Origin: Octopus sinensis
Taxonomy: Eukaryota
NCBI RefSeq assembly: GCF_006345805.1
Contig: NC_043011.1
Coordinates: forward strand, 620,001-684,000
Direction of reading: 5' to 3'
DNA: 64,000 nt
Below the pieces are notes generated by a model. The model did not search any database and was not told the DNA's origin. It was given only the letters and a program-made list of their open reading frames with translations. This document shows positions 22,950 through 33,389 of the stretch, piece after piece (position 1 is the stretch's first letter; every line of letters starts with the position of its first letter). The position numbers and the translations under genes are program-made.

Positions 22950-23690
22950 TTTTTAATAAGCTTGCAGGTTGTTTGCGACATCGTGCTTGATGAGTCACTG
23001 TAATTCTATATATGGTTGGCAGTGAAATTTGGCTGGTATGTGGCGAGCAGGTACCTGTCGCTGAGAGACGTAGTATGTCTAAACTACGTGATCTGGCAGT
23101 TCCGGCGCTCATAGCAGATCTTTTCAGTTTGAACGGCAGTTTTTAACATAATTTCTAGGTACCTAAAAAATTTTAAACTTCGTATACTGGTAGAATGTGT
23201 TTATAAAACATCTTTTTCTCTTGGCTTTATTGAGAAAATTCTATAGTTTGTAAGATATTTGTTGTTTTTTTCATTCAATTTCTGCAATTTCAACCAATCA
23301 GTGACGTCTGTTGAGTTAAAAAGCATTCTGTGCCGTATGAATATGTCCCTCGTTTAAGAAACAGATTGGGTTTATTTACATTTGTGAAGAAAAAAAGATA
23401 CCCTTCCCCCACCCCTAACCCTAACCCTAACCCTAACTAACCCTAACCCTAAAATAGATTGAAATGCAATAGATCGATTCTAGGGTCATAATTATGAGTG
23501 GCAATTTCATATGACACTGCTAGAAAAAACTGCCGGTCAAACCGAAAAGATCCCTCATAGCAGACGATTCCTGATTCTCATCTGCTAATAATATGTATCT
23601 GCATGAGAGGAACTCTCAAGACAAATACCGCAGTATTCGGTGTTGTAACAAAACATTCCAGTTAAATTGGATATAATGTTAACTATTTAC
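22950..23690 (+). pseudogene. Old CRE-like 3' fragment interrupted by MITE copy 5
   Basis: AERRSMSKLRDLA resembles the CRE AE..K..KY.DL motif; 23595-23690 resembles the sequence downstream of the CRE fragment at 28790-28880. Confidence 0.4.
23116..23553. mobile_element. Telomeric-repeat MITE, copy 5
   Basis: Both TIRs; exact TSD CTCATAGC; CCCTAA tract on the plus strand. Confidence 0.93.
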
Positions 23691-24114
23691 GATTTGTGCG
23701 ACTATGGAAATCGATTTACCATGTTCATTTGTACGTATTACACACGGTGTTAAACTTATATAAGTTTTCAACGATTTTCATCATTAGAAAATGCTTTTAT
23801 TATGCAGAAATCAAACACTTAATTCATGAAGATGTGACTGAATTTAGTCATTTTCCTTGGAGAATATACGTATAAGTTTTCGAAAAGGAAATAAAAAAAA
23901 AAGATTCACTAAAAAGTTGCACCTATCGATCTATTCGTGCAGAAGGTCGTCATAGATGTTTATATATCAATTTTTTTTTCATATTGAAGATCAGCCATCA
24001 AAGGTTCATATGTAGACAACCTCTTCATTTGTGACGAAACTGAGTAATGTCTTACTTAGTGTTATCGATCTATTCAAGCGAGTGCTAGAATGGTTATGCG
24101 ATTAAGAATTTCAT

Positions 24115-24528
24115 GGATCTTTTCGGTTTGAACGGCAGTTTTTTCTAGCGGTGTCATATGAAATTGTCACCCATAATTATGACCCTAGTATCGATCTATT
24201 GCATTTCAATCTGTTTTAGGGTTAGGGGTGGGGGAAGGGTATCTTTTTTTCTTCACAAATGTAAATAAACCCAATCTGTTTCTTAAACGAGGGACATATT
24301 CATACGGCACAGAATGTTTTTTTTTACCTCAATAGACGACATTGATTGGTTGAAATTGCAGAAATTGAAGAAAAAAAAACAACAAATATCTTACAGACTA
24401 TAGAATTTTCTCAATAAAGCCAAGAGAAAAAGATGTTTTATAAACACATTCTACCAGTATACGAAGTTTAACATTTTTTAGTTACCTAGAAATTATGTTA
24501 AAAACTGCCGTTCAAACCGAAAAGATCC
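24115..24528. mobile_element. Telomeric-repeat MITE, copy 6
   Basis: Both TIRs; exact TSD AATTTCAT. Confidence 0.93.
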
Positions 24529-25311
24529 AATTTCATTTAAATATAATCTTGTGTGTATCAACGAGCCATGTTTCATTACGACAAATGCACACTGCCTCTC
24601 TTACACATTAATATATTTATTTATTTTATGTCGCAGTTGGTTTCAATTTCCTATAATTTGTTTAATTCACTACTGACAGCGAAAGGGACAAGGAAGTGTC
24701 ATTAACTCGATACAGAACCAATATTTTTAACGCACCGATTTTTTAACGCACCAATATTTTTAACGCACCGATTTTTCGATTTTTGCCGCCGCTATTGCTA
24801 CAATGATAAAAGGTAAAAATTATGGGCTACACAAATCTCCAACACTTTTCTAAACATACATACGCGCGCAAACACAAACACGTAACCATACACTCAAATT
24901 CATGTATGCATATATAGAAGAGTGTTGGCGTTAGTGTACCATTATATTTGTTTATTTTTCCTTTTTTCATAGTAGTTCCTCCTCCCCCTTCGTCTTTCAC
25001 CATCTTTCACCCTTTTAGTTTTATACCCTTGAACATCCGTGGACTACTCACTCGACAGCATTATTACTGAAATGAAGCCCCACTTGCTAGATCAGCAAGT
25101 TAGAGAAAATTTATTATTTTGGCTATTACTGCTCGTTATCTCATTTTAACCAAATCCAGTAACTTGCTTTCCCCACTGCAGCTTGGATATCACTCATGTT
25201 AGTATATTTTTTTTTACGTTGAGGTAGGCCTTGCAACAATAACCATCGCTTCGTATTGCTTCCAAGGAATCCTCTACATTTAACTTCGATTGGATAATAT
25301 TCTACTAAATC

Positions 25312-25520
25312 AGCGAGCTGCTAGAATCGTTAGCACACCGGGTGAAATGCTTAGCAGAATTTCATCTGTCTTCACGCTTTGAGTTCAAATTTCGCCGAGG
25401 TTGACTTTGCCTTTCATCCTTTTGGGGTTGATAAAATAAGTACCAGTTGAGTACTGGGGTCGATGTAATCGACTATCCCCCTCCGAAAATGCTGGCCTTG
25501 TGCCAAAATTTGAAATCAAT
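25312..25520 (+). mobile_element. tRNA-derived SINE family B (tail type 1)
   Basis: GCGAGCTG..AGAA head, GAGTTCAAAT B box, CCTTTCATCCTTT.GGGGT.GATAAA central domain. Confidence 0.85.
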
Positions 25521-25529
25521 ATTCTACTT

Positions 25530-25975
25530 TCCTGCTTGCATCTTCATATTTCTCGACATGTTCATAATGATTGATCTTTCCGACCGTTATCAACGGCGTC
25601 TATCCGAGTGGCATCTAGATGGGAACCGTCAGCTCAACCAAATTTACCATTTCTTTTCTGACTAGATGACAATATTTGACTTCTTCGTAACTGAAATAGG
25701 AAAGTTTCTTTGGCATCCTAGCAAATCTGCAACCATCACCTAACAGCCTTTCCAGTTTTCATCGTTCATAGGAACTTTCTTCTTCAAATGAATCTGCTGA
25801 GTCGGACGAACGAATGTGATGAAATCTCTGGCTGCTTTCCTGTCTAGTTTCTTGCCACTGTTGCTTAGAGTGATCTGGTTCTTTACTGTATTGAAGAGAA
25901 CTTTAAGAATCAGATAGTGTCTACGTGTATCCAACGCAGCGAACAAGTTGGAAAAGATGTGCTTCAGTGTTCCTA
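25530..25975 (-). pseudogene. HERO/NeSL-like restriction-like endonuclease fragment
   Basis: TLKHIFSN...ALDTRRHYLILKVL (remnant of CCHC and RH motifs), NIVI, and KEMVNLVELTVP in a shifted frame. Confidence 0.55.
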
Positions 25976-26011
25976 CTTACCCACACCTGCATTTATCACT
26001 CTTTGATACCT

Positions 26012-26243
26012 ATTTCTTTATTACCCACAAGGGGCTAAACATAGAGGGGACAAACAAGGACAGACATAGGTATTAAGTCGATTACATCGACCCCAGTGCG
26101 TAACTGCTACTTAATTTATCGACCCCGAAAGGATGAAAGGTAAAGTCGACCTCGGCGGAATTTGAACTCGTAACGTAACGGCAGACGAAATACTGCTAAG
26201 CATTTCGCCCGACGTGCTAACGTTTCTGCTAGCTCGCCGCCTT
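26012..26243 (-). mobile_element. SINE family B (tail type 2) with TSD
   Basis: Direct repeat TATCACTCTTTGATACCT at 25994-26011 and 26247-26264. Confidence 0.9.
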
Positions 26244-26960
26244 AGGTATCACTCTTTGATACCTTCCAACTCACAGGGTTTGTAGGGACGGCGCGGCATC
26301 ATAAGATGAATAAATAAAAAGAACTTAGTCGTGTTGTACTCTACTTCCATATTTCATCCCAAGTTATTTTTTCCTCATTTACGTGCTCCTCCTATCTTGT
26401 CATCTGTCCTTGTATCAAATGAAACTCTCTTCTTTGCTTCCCTCGCCTCGACTCTGTTACTAACAATAAGCTTGTGTTCGCTCTGCATCATACCTGAAAA
26501 TGGCCTGAAGGGATCTGAGCCAAACTAAACCCAAGTCCCTTCTGATCAGTTTGTGTGACACCCACAGTATCTCGGTGTTCAATTAAAGAAAGGATATCAT
26601 CGTCTGTTTTTGCTTCTGCTTCCCACTTCCTGGCTATTTTTTATATCTCGTGGATCACGGCTTATTTCTTTGTCCTTCCACTCCTTTAGTATCATCACTA
26701 CTTATTTGTATCTTCCATGACAACTGGCGTCCGCTGTAATTACCTTGAACCCCTTTTACAATAAAGACCCGAGCTATTCATTGTGGTCTTTCTGCTTAGT
26801 ATATATAACGAACACACAAAGTACAGAACACACATGGGTTCATATCCGTATGGTCCTTTTTAAATAGTCAAGGAAGAACTTCGGCATTGTGTTCACAGAT
26901 GCGTTACTTTCAGCGTTCATCTTGCACCATGCAGTGTTCATTGTAATATTCACTGTGATG

Positions 26961-27176
26961 AAGGTGGCAAACTGGCAGAAACGTTAGCACACCAGGCGAA
27001 ATGCTTAGCAGTATTTCGACTGTCTTTACGTTCTGAGTTCAAATTTCGCCGATGTTGACTTTGCTTTTCATCCTTTCGGGTTGGATAAACTAAGTACCAG
27101 TTGCGTACTGGAGGCGATCTAATCGACTGGCCCCTCCCTCAAAATTTCGGGCCTTGTGCCTAGAGTAGAAAAGAAT
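26961..27176 (+). mobile_element. SINE family B (tail type 1)
   Basis: Same head and central domain; tail CCCTCCCTCAAAATTTCGGGCCTTGTGCCTAGAGTAGAAAAG. Confidence 0.88.
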
Positions 27177-28199
27177 TTTTACTATGATGTTTATTGTGAT
27201 TTATATTACAATGTTCCTCGTTTCAAAATAATGAAACTGGGTTTTCCTATTAATACAAAACTGATGTTTGTTGCTACCGATTTCATAGTGATTAAGAGTC
27301 AGCGTGGAGAGCAGGGAAATTTAAATTCAGGAAGAAGTAAAATGTAACTAAATACTGTAAGGCATTTAGACCAGCGTTGTAATGTTTTTTGTTAATTCCT
27401 CACTCGGAGTGAGTAGTGTACAGAAATTTCGAATTTAGAAAATCTTAATTTTAGGAGGGAAAAATTTAATCAAATTGTTCTCAGTGAATTACTGCTATTT
27501 ATTTATCGATTCCTATCGATAAAATACCTAAATAATTGGAATAAAATGGTAGCTAGATAATTTAATACATTTAATTCAGCGCTCCATCTTTATTGCCTTC
27601 ACTTCTTTTGTTAATAAGTAGTTCATGTGCCGGTTCTTACTTTTTGTTCAGCAAGCGTTTGTTTGGATATCAAAGAAAATATCCAGTATTCAAAATAGCT
27701 GCTGAACACCAAGCTGTTACGCGTCTTCAACTTGTCGCTTGCCAATGAATAAACACAAGACAATCTACTGTTAACGTCTCACTATTCAATACTGTGGAAA
27801 ATTTCCAGATTTTTATATCGATAATAATTTCGCTTTTTCTTTCTTTTGTTCTAATCTTTCTGTTTATTTTATTTTATTTCTTTATCTCATTTTACTCAGA
27901 AATTTAGAATAATATTTGCTGTTCCAGAAATGATCGCCGTCGTCAGGAATAACGTCACCATCACCATCGTCATCCTTATATTGCCATTGTTTTCTTTCAA
28001 TGTATGTATTTCATATGTACCATAAGAAAGTTATGATCTTATGTTTTAGTTACGTTATCAAAATATATAGAGATTTACATGTTTATGCAAAACTTGATAC
28101 ACACAAATGGACAAACACTTACACACGCACATTGTTGTTCATTTTTACCTATCTTATATTACTTTTCATGAATAGTGATTGTTCGGCCTGCATCCATTA

Positions 28200-28880
28200 T
28201 TCCGCAGCCAATAGCCTGGGGCCAGCCCCACTGACATACTGTTCTGAATGACGTAATTAGGAGCCTCGACACGGCTGGCTTCCCGTTGCAACTAGAGCTA
28301 GTAGGTATTGACTGCGGGGATAGTAAGCGCCCCGGTCGAATAACCCTCTTTCAATACGAGGGGGGCAAATCCCTAATCTGGGACGCGGCGTACTGAGACA
28401 CGTTCTTTGACCCCAAACTTGCAGCATCGGCTGAAAACCCGAGTGTTATGCATTGTCTCGTTCTTGATGAGATGATAGACAACTCAATGAAGGCATTGTT
28501 ATTGTTTTACGTGTTTATTTACTTTACCTGTTACACGAACTGTCAACATTCAGCGTAGTGATACACATTCTCTTTAGACACAGTTCGTACTGTTTACTAA
28601 CAAAATAGTGTCAAAAGTGGGGATGTATTCTACACACGTATACCTACGTATACACATAGATATGAATGTGTAACACCGAGTATCCCCGTCCGCAACGCAG
28701 AGGAGCAGAAGATAACCGGTCGCTATCAGTTTGTGTGCGCACTTATAGATCACAGCAGATAATTCTCGCCTGCTACGATTTATGCGCCAAACATTTATAT
28801 GAGAGGATCTTTTAATAACTCAGTATTCGGTGTTTTAACAAGAGATCCATGTTAAGTTAGATACAAAAATTACCTTTACA
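28200..28880 (+). pseudogene. CRE-clade restriction-like endonuclease / 3' fragment, split by a solo LTR
   Basis: VLNDVIRSLDTAGFPLQLELVGIDCGDSKRPGRITLFQYEGGKSLIWD...SAENPS|[18 protein letters not shown] matches the CRE-type RH..LND...KRPDG.T...GK.L.WD pattern. Confidence 0.75.
28444..28675 (-). mobile_element. Solo LTR (232 bp)
   Basis: TGTTA...TAACA termini; exact 5-bp TSD CCGAG (28439-28443, 28676-28680); AATAAA on the minus strand about 60 bp from the end. Confidence 0.75.
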
Positions 28881-28897
28881 TATATATATATATATGT

Positions 28898-28956
<59 letters not shown>

Positions 28957-29039
28957 CTCTTTTACTCGTTTCAGCCATGCTGCTGCGGTCATGCTGGAGC
29001 ACCACCGTGGTCTTTCTGATTTCCTTAGTCTGGGGTGTT

Positions 29040-29720
29040 TCCCATCACCACCTCTGTATGTGTCTTTACCCCAGCTGTTGACCCATTTGGTGTATAAGGG
29101 AGTTTGATTCCGCTTCCCTCATCTGCACCTCATGTCGGGCTGTTGGTTCATCCTGTATTGTGGAGAGGAAGATGTCCAGTCCCTTTTTTGAAGACTTCTG
29201 CTGCCACTTTATGCAGATATCTTAATTTTGGGCATGGCATTGAAAAGCTGTAGACCTTTGAACCTTAGACTATTGCAATATCTGGTCCTCAATTTAGACG
29301 GAGTGGATGGTATCTTTGGATGGCGGCCAGTTCTGGCATTTGTATAACACTCAAAACTGAAATTAGGTTCTAGCCCATCTAGAGTTTTCCATATGTAGAT
29401 TATTGTATATCTCTCACGCTTTCGCTCCAGGCAGTAAGTTGCAGTTTTCTCAGCCTATCCCTGTAGCTCATCCTCTGCACTGCTTCAGTCTTTTTAGTGT
29501 AGTGGTGATGGACTGCTTCAAGCTCCGCTGCTAGTTTGGCAATATGTGGTGACCATAATAAGGAGCAGTAGTCAAGGCGGCTGAGAACAAAGGTTCTCCT
29601 CAGGGTCAACATAGTTTCTTGGTCTCTTGTCTTGAAGGACCTCAGTATCAATCCTTCCAGTTGTCTGCACTGTGCTGCCATTTTGCTTATGTGCATATAA
29701 AATGATGCGTCATCGTACAT
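29040..29720 (-). pseudogene. CR1-group LINE, 3' end
   Basis: LILRSFKTRDQETMLTLRRTFVLSRLDYCSLLWSPH, then ERRRERY-like and QDEP motifs. Confidence 0.8.
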
Positions 29721-29721
29721 A

Positions 29722-29926
29722 GTGATCCCCGAGTCTTACGCTGCCTGCGACTGCGGAGATTGTAAGCGCCCCGACGGAATAACCGTCCTTCAATACGAGG
29801 GAGGCATATCCTTAATCTGGGACGTGACGTACTGCGACACGTTCTTCGCCTTCAACCTTGCTGGATCGGCTGAAAATCCGAGTATCCCCGCCCGTAACGC
29901 AGAAGAGCAGAAGATAACCGGTCGCT
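29722..29926 (+). pseudogene. Second CRE-clade endonuclease fragment
   Basis: [31 protein letters not shown]...[10 protein letters not shown]; runs into (TA)/(TACA)n. Confidence 0.8.
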
Positions 29927-29987
29927 ATATATACATATACATATACATACATACATACATACATACATACAAACATACATACATACA

Positions 29988-30076
<89 letters not shown>

Positions 30077-30094
30077 AAAAATTATATATAAAAA

Positions 30095-30520
30095 GGGACA
30101 AGAACGTGAAATACACAAAGAGACGACACAAAAAACGGACGGGTCATTCGAAGCCTTTAATCTTCAGTCAGGAACCGGATCATCATAGCAAATTTCGGCT
30201 GATTAATCCTGATATTGCTCCGAAACGGCCAGCCTCAATGAAAAACTAAGTTGCGAGCATTAGATTTCTTGGAAAAAGGATCGAATGTAAACGAAACAAG
30301 GACAGAAAAACGGACGAAGCCACACGAATATAAATAAAAAAAACAAAAATAAAATTAAAAACAAGAATGGTAATAACAGGACAACAGCAGGTGTCTTACG
30401 ACTTTAGACAAATTTAACTTATCTAGCAGGCGTGTTTTGAAAAAATGCCTTTTCGGCGGACGAAGACAATGTTGAACCGGCAGGTCACGTGAGGGTAGAG
30501 AGAGAGAGAGAGAAAGAGAG
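30095..30520 (-). mobile_element. Putative Penelope-type pLTR carrying a permuted hammerhead-like motif
   Basis: Same layout as the pLTR at 35.6-35.9 kb: (CT)n start, T-rich body, CUGANGA/GAAA motif, end in (TA)n. Confidence 0.5.
30152..30219 (-). ncRNA. Candidate non-circularly permuted hammerhead ribozyme
   Basis: AGCAAU-A-UCAGGA-UUAAUCAGCC-GAAA-UUUGCU-(13 nt)-UCCUGA-CUGAAGA-UUAAAGGCU. Confidence 0.5.
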
Positions 30521-31142
30521 AGAAGGAATTAAAGAGAATGTACGTATGTATGTGCATGAGCGCATAGACGTACATATGCACACTTGTTTACGCGTCTGCG
30601 CGTATATATATACATACATCTATATGCGCGTGTGTGCGTGTATATGAGTTTGGGAAAAAAACTAAGCATTTTTCAGAGTTTGTCGCTAATTCTGTTCTTA
30701 ACCAAATTGAAAACTGTAAAACTTTTGGAAAAGGTACATTTTGGCATAAAAATGATTGAAATTTGGTCCAGTAGAAAAAAGTTTACATCAAAATTTTTAG
30801 TAACGCTATAGGAGAGTAAGTAACGCCATCAATCAAATTTAGATCTAAATTATTTTTTCATTTTAAATGCAAAATATACTTATCTTAGCTTCAGTGACAG
30901 AAGAAAACATGAGAACTTTCATAGTTTTGGTCCCATGCAACAAAAATTTGTTTCAAAAAAGTTCAGAGGTAAAATATCATGAAAAAAATGTTAGGCAAAA
31001 AATTGGATTGAAGTATAAGGAACTTTTTTTAGATTTTAACAACAAACCATATTTTAATCAAGCTTAAATGATAGGGCTCAATTCAAGGAATTTCATGGTA
31101 TCAATCTCATGCAATGAAGTTTTAAAATAAAAAAGTTACCAT

Positions 31143-31334
31143 AAAGGGTTTTGTTCCAGGAACTCATTCAACCCGCACCTCTCCAACTACAGGTCCTCCT
31201 TCAGAGTTGTGAAAAGGAGATATGTAACCTCACTGGCCAGCCACGTCTGGCAACTAAGAGACGATGGGATTCCATACTTGATCTCATAGAAAATCCTTGA
31301 GAATCCAGTCCCCTACATCAACGGGATGAAATGT
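31143..31334 (+). pseudogene. Naiad-type Penelope GIY-YIG endonuclease fragment
   Basis: NYRSSFRVVKRRYVTSLASHVWQLRDDGIPYLIS*KILENPVPYINGMKC resembles the NH.SSFR...T.LS.H.W.LK...I.W.IL...Y...C motif. Confidence 0.5.
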
Positions 31335-31671
31335 GAGAATTCTAAAGGACTCGCTTGAACCAGGGAACATTAACTCCAGAATGGATATTTTCGGGTCATG
31401 TTTACATTTTAGGTGGTCCCTGCTAGCGTTTTGGAGCCCACAAGATGGCGACACAACCAGAAATCAATAGCCAATAGCAAAAGAAGATAATCCCCAACTG
31501 TTACCTTTGAGTAGCGAGACATTTCCCCTCCTTATTTTGAAGAGGTCATGGGTCAACAGGTTTGTGGGATATGGTGATACACCATGAAACAAAACCCTTT
31601 ATGAACGGAAAACCTAAGGTAATCCCATAAACCGGTCTTCCCCATTTTAATTATTTATTTATGCGTCCTTT

Positions 31672-31952
31672 TCAAGCCTAACCAGGCTCATGGGCCCGAT
31701 TTCCCGGTTTCTGTGGCGTATGTGTTCCCCCTAGCTGGATGGGATGCCAGTCCATCGCAACGTTACTCAAGAAACAGGAAGAAAGAGTGAGAGAAAGTTG
31801 GGGCGAAGGAGTACAACAAGGGTCGCCACCACCCCCTGCCAGAGCCTCGTGGAGCTTTTGGGTGTTTTCGCTCAATAAACACACACAACGCCCAGTCTGG
31901 GAATCAAAACTGCGATTCTCCGACCGCGAGTCCGCTGCCCTAACCACTGGGT
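31672..31952 (-). mobile_element. tRNA-derived SINE family C (tail type 1)
   Basis: Head CCCAGTGGTTAGGGCAGCGGACTCGCGGTCG shared with the 57-58 kb copies; different 3' part. Confidence 0.82.
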
Positions 31953-31954
31953 CG

Positions 31955-32190
31955 TATATGTGTGTGTGTGTGTGTGTGTTTTTGTGTCTGTGTTTGTCCC
32001 CCCCCCCAACATCACTTGACAACCGATGCTGGTGTGTTTATGTCCCCGTAAACTCGCAGTTTGGCAAAAGAGACCGATAGAATAAGTACTAGGCTTACAA
32101 AGAATAAGCCCTGGGGGTCGATTTGCTTGACTAAAGGCGGTGCTCCAGTATGGCCACAGTCAAATGACTGAAACAAGTAGAAGAGTAAGT
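31955..32190 (+). mobile_element. SINE family A, 3' half
   Basis: Starts in the internal (TG)n; ends ACTGAAACAAGTAGAAGAG. Confidence 0.85.
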
Positions 32191-32751
32191 GTGTGTGTGT
32201 GTGTTGGGGTGTATACGTGTAAACAGAAAGAAGAGAAACGCTGAAGATTTTCAGGTGATGAATACTTAAGTATAAATGTATAGATATTTATATATTAATT
32301 GATCAAACTTACACAGTGTACAAATGACAGTGAAGATCAAAGGGCAGGATGTAGGTCCAACAATTGCTTGTGGGAGCTTGGAGATCCGTCATAATGTTGA
32401 TAGAGGTAGTTCACCCAAATATGCAGCCAATATTGGAAGCAAATAAACATTGGAGGAATTTGAGCCTCTGTCATTTCAGATCATGATGCAGAGAAGTTTA
32501 TGTAAAATATGTAATATTTCAAGGAGACAGAGTTGGCAATTCCAAGTTCTAGTTGAGTAAGGTGTAACCTTGTCAATGATACTCCATTTGATGTTGGAAG
32601 AATCGTGATATATAAATACACATGCACATACACATATACGACCGGACATAAACTTAACTGCATATAAATATATTACTGATTTATGCTTTACAGAGCATTT
32701 CTTTTTTTGATGTATGAAACTTTGACGATATACATATATATATATATATAT

Positions 32752-33240
32752 ATATTAGAGGGAAACCACTATGTGGACACCCTTATGCTAGAAATAGATC
32801 CGCTATGGTCTTACCACTAAGAAATGTTCTCAAGAAAAATTTAGTAAAACAACCAAAACGTAATCGAGCAAGACAAAAGAAAAAGCAATAAAAATATGGA
32901 TTCTTCGCATACATGTTTCACTATTACCATATTACGTAAGTTTACTGACATAAATGTCCGTAGATCATCGGTGCGACCGAGTATGCAGTCCTGCAAATTA
33001 TATTCATCTGGACGGTCGCACCGATGATCTACGGACATTTATGTCAGTAAACTTACGTAATATGGTAATAGTGAAACATGTATGCGAAGAATCCATATTT
33101 TTATTGCTTTTTCTTTTGTCTTGCTCGATTACGTTTTGGTTGTTTTACTAAATTTTTCTTGAGAACATTTCTTAGTGGTAAGACCATAGTGGATCTATTT
33201 CTAGCATAAGGGTGTCCACATAGTGGTTTCTCTCTAATAT
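32752..33240. repeat. 489-bp near-perfect palindrome made of two inverted Penelope-type pLTR segments
   Basis: Arms 32752-32979 and 33013-33240 (228 bp, 2 mismatches seen), 33-bp spacer; each arm carries a hammerhead-like motif; outer ends lie in TA-rich sequence. Confidence 0.92.
33016..33087 (+). ncRNA. Type I hammerhead-like motif with CCGAUGA core (mirror copy in the left arm)
   Basis: Stem I UCGCA/UGCGA, long stem II, GAAA, palindromic stem III ACAUGU, cleavage triplet GUA. Confidence 0.6.
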
Positions 33241-33389
33241 GTATATAATACAATTTTACTGAACCTTCAGTTTTTTTTTATGCTAGACCATCGATGAAAT
33301 CGATGTTAATTAAATTAATATCTAATTTTTCACCCTCATTCTAAATTTCTATATAATTATGACGCGAAACTCTATAACTCTTTCTTCTC

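Noticed and set aside
24718-24776. Three to four tandem copies of ATTTTTAACGCACC
   Set aside because: A real short tandem repeat, but no termini, TSD or second locus in the window to support an element or regulatory call.
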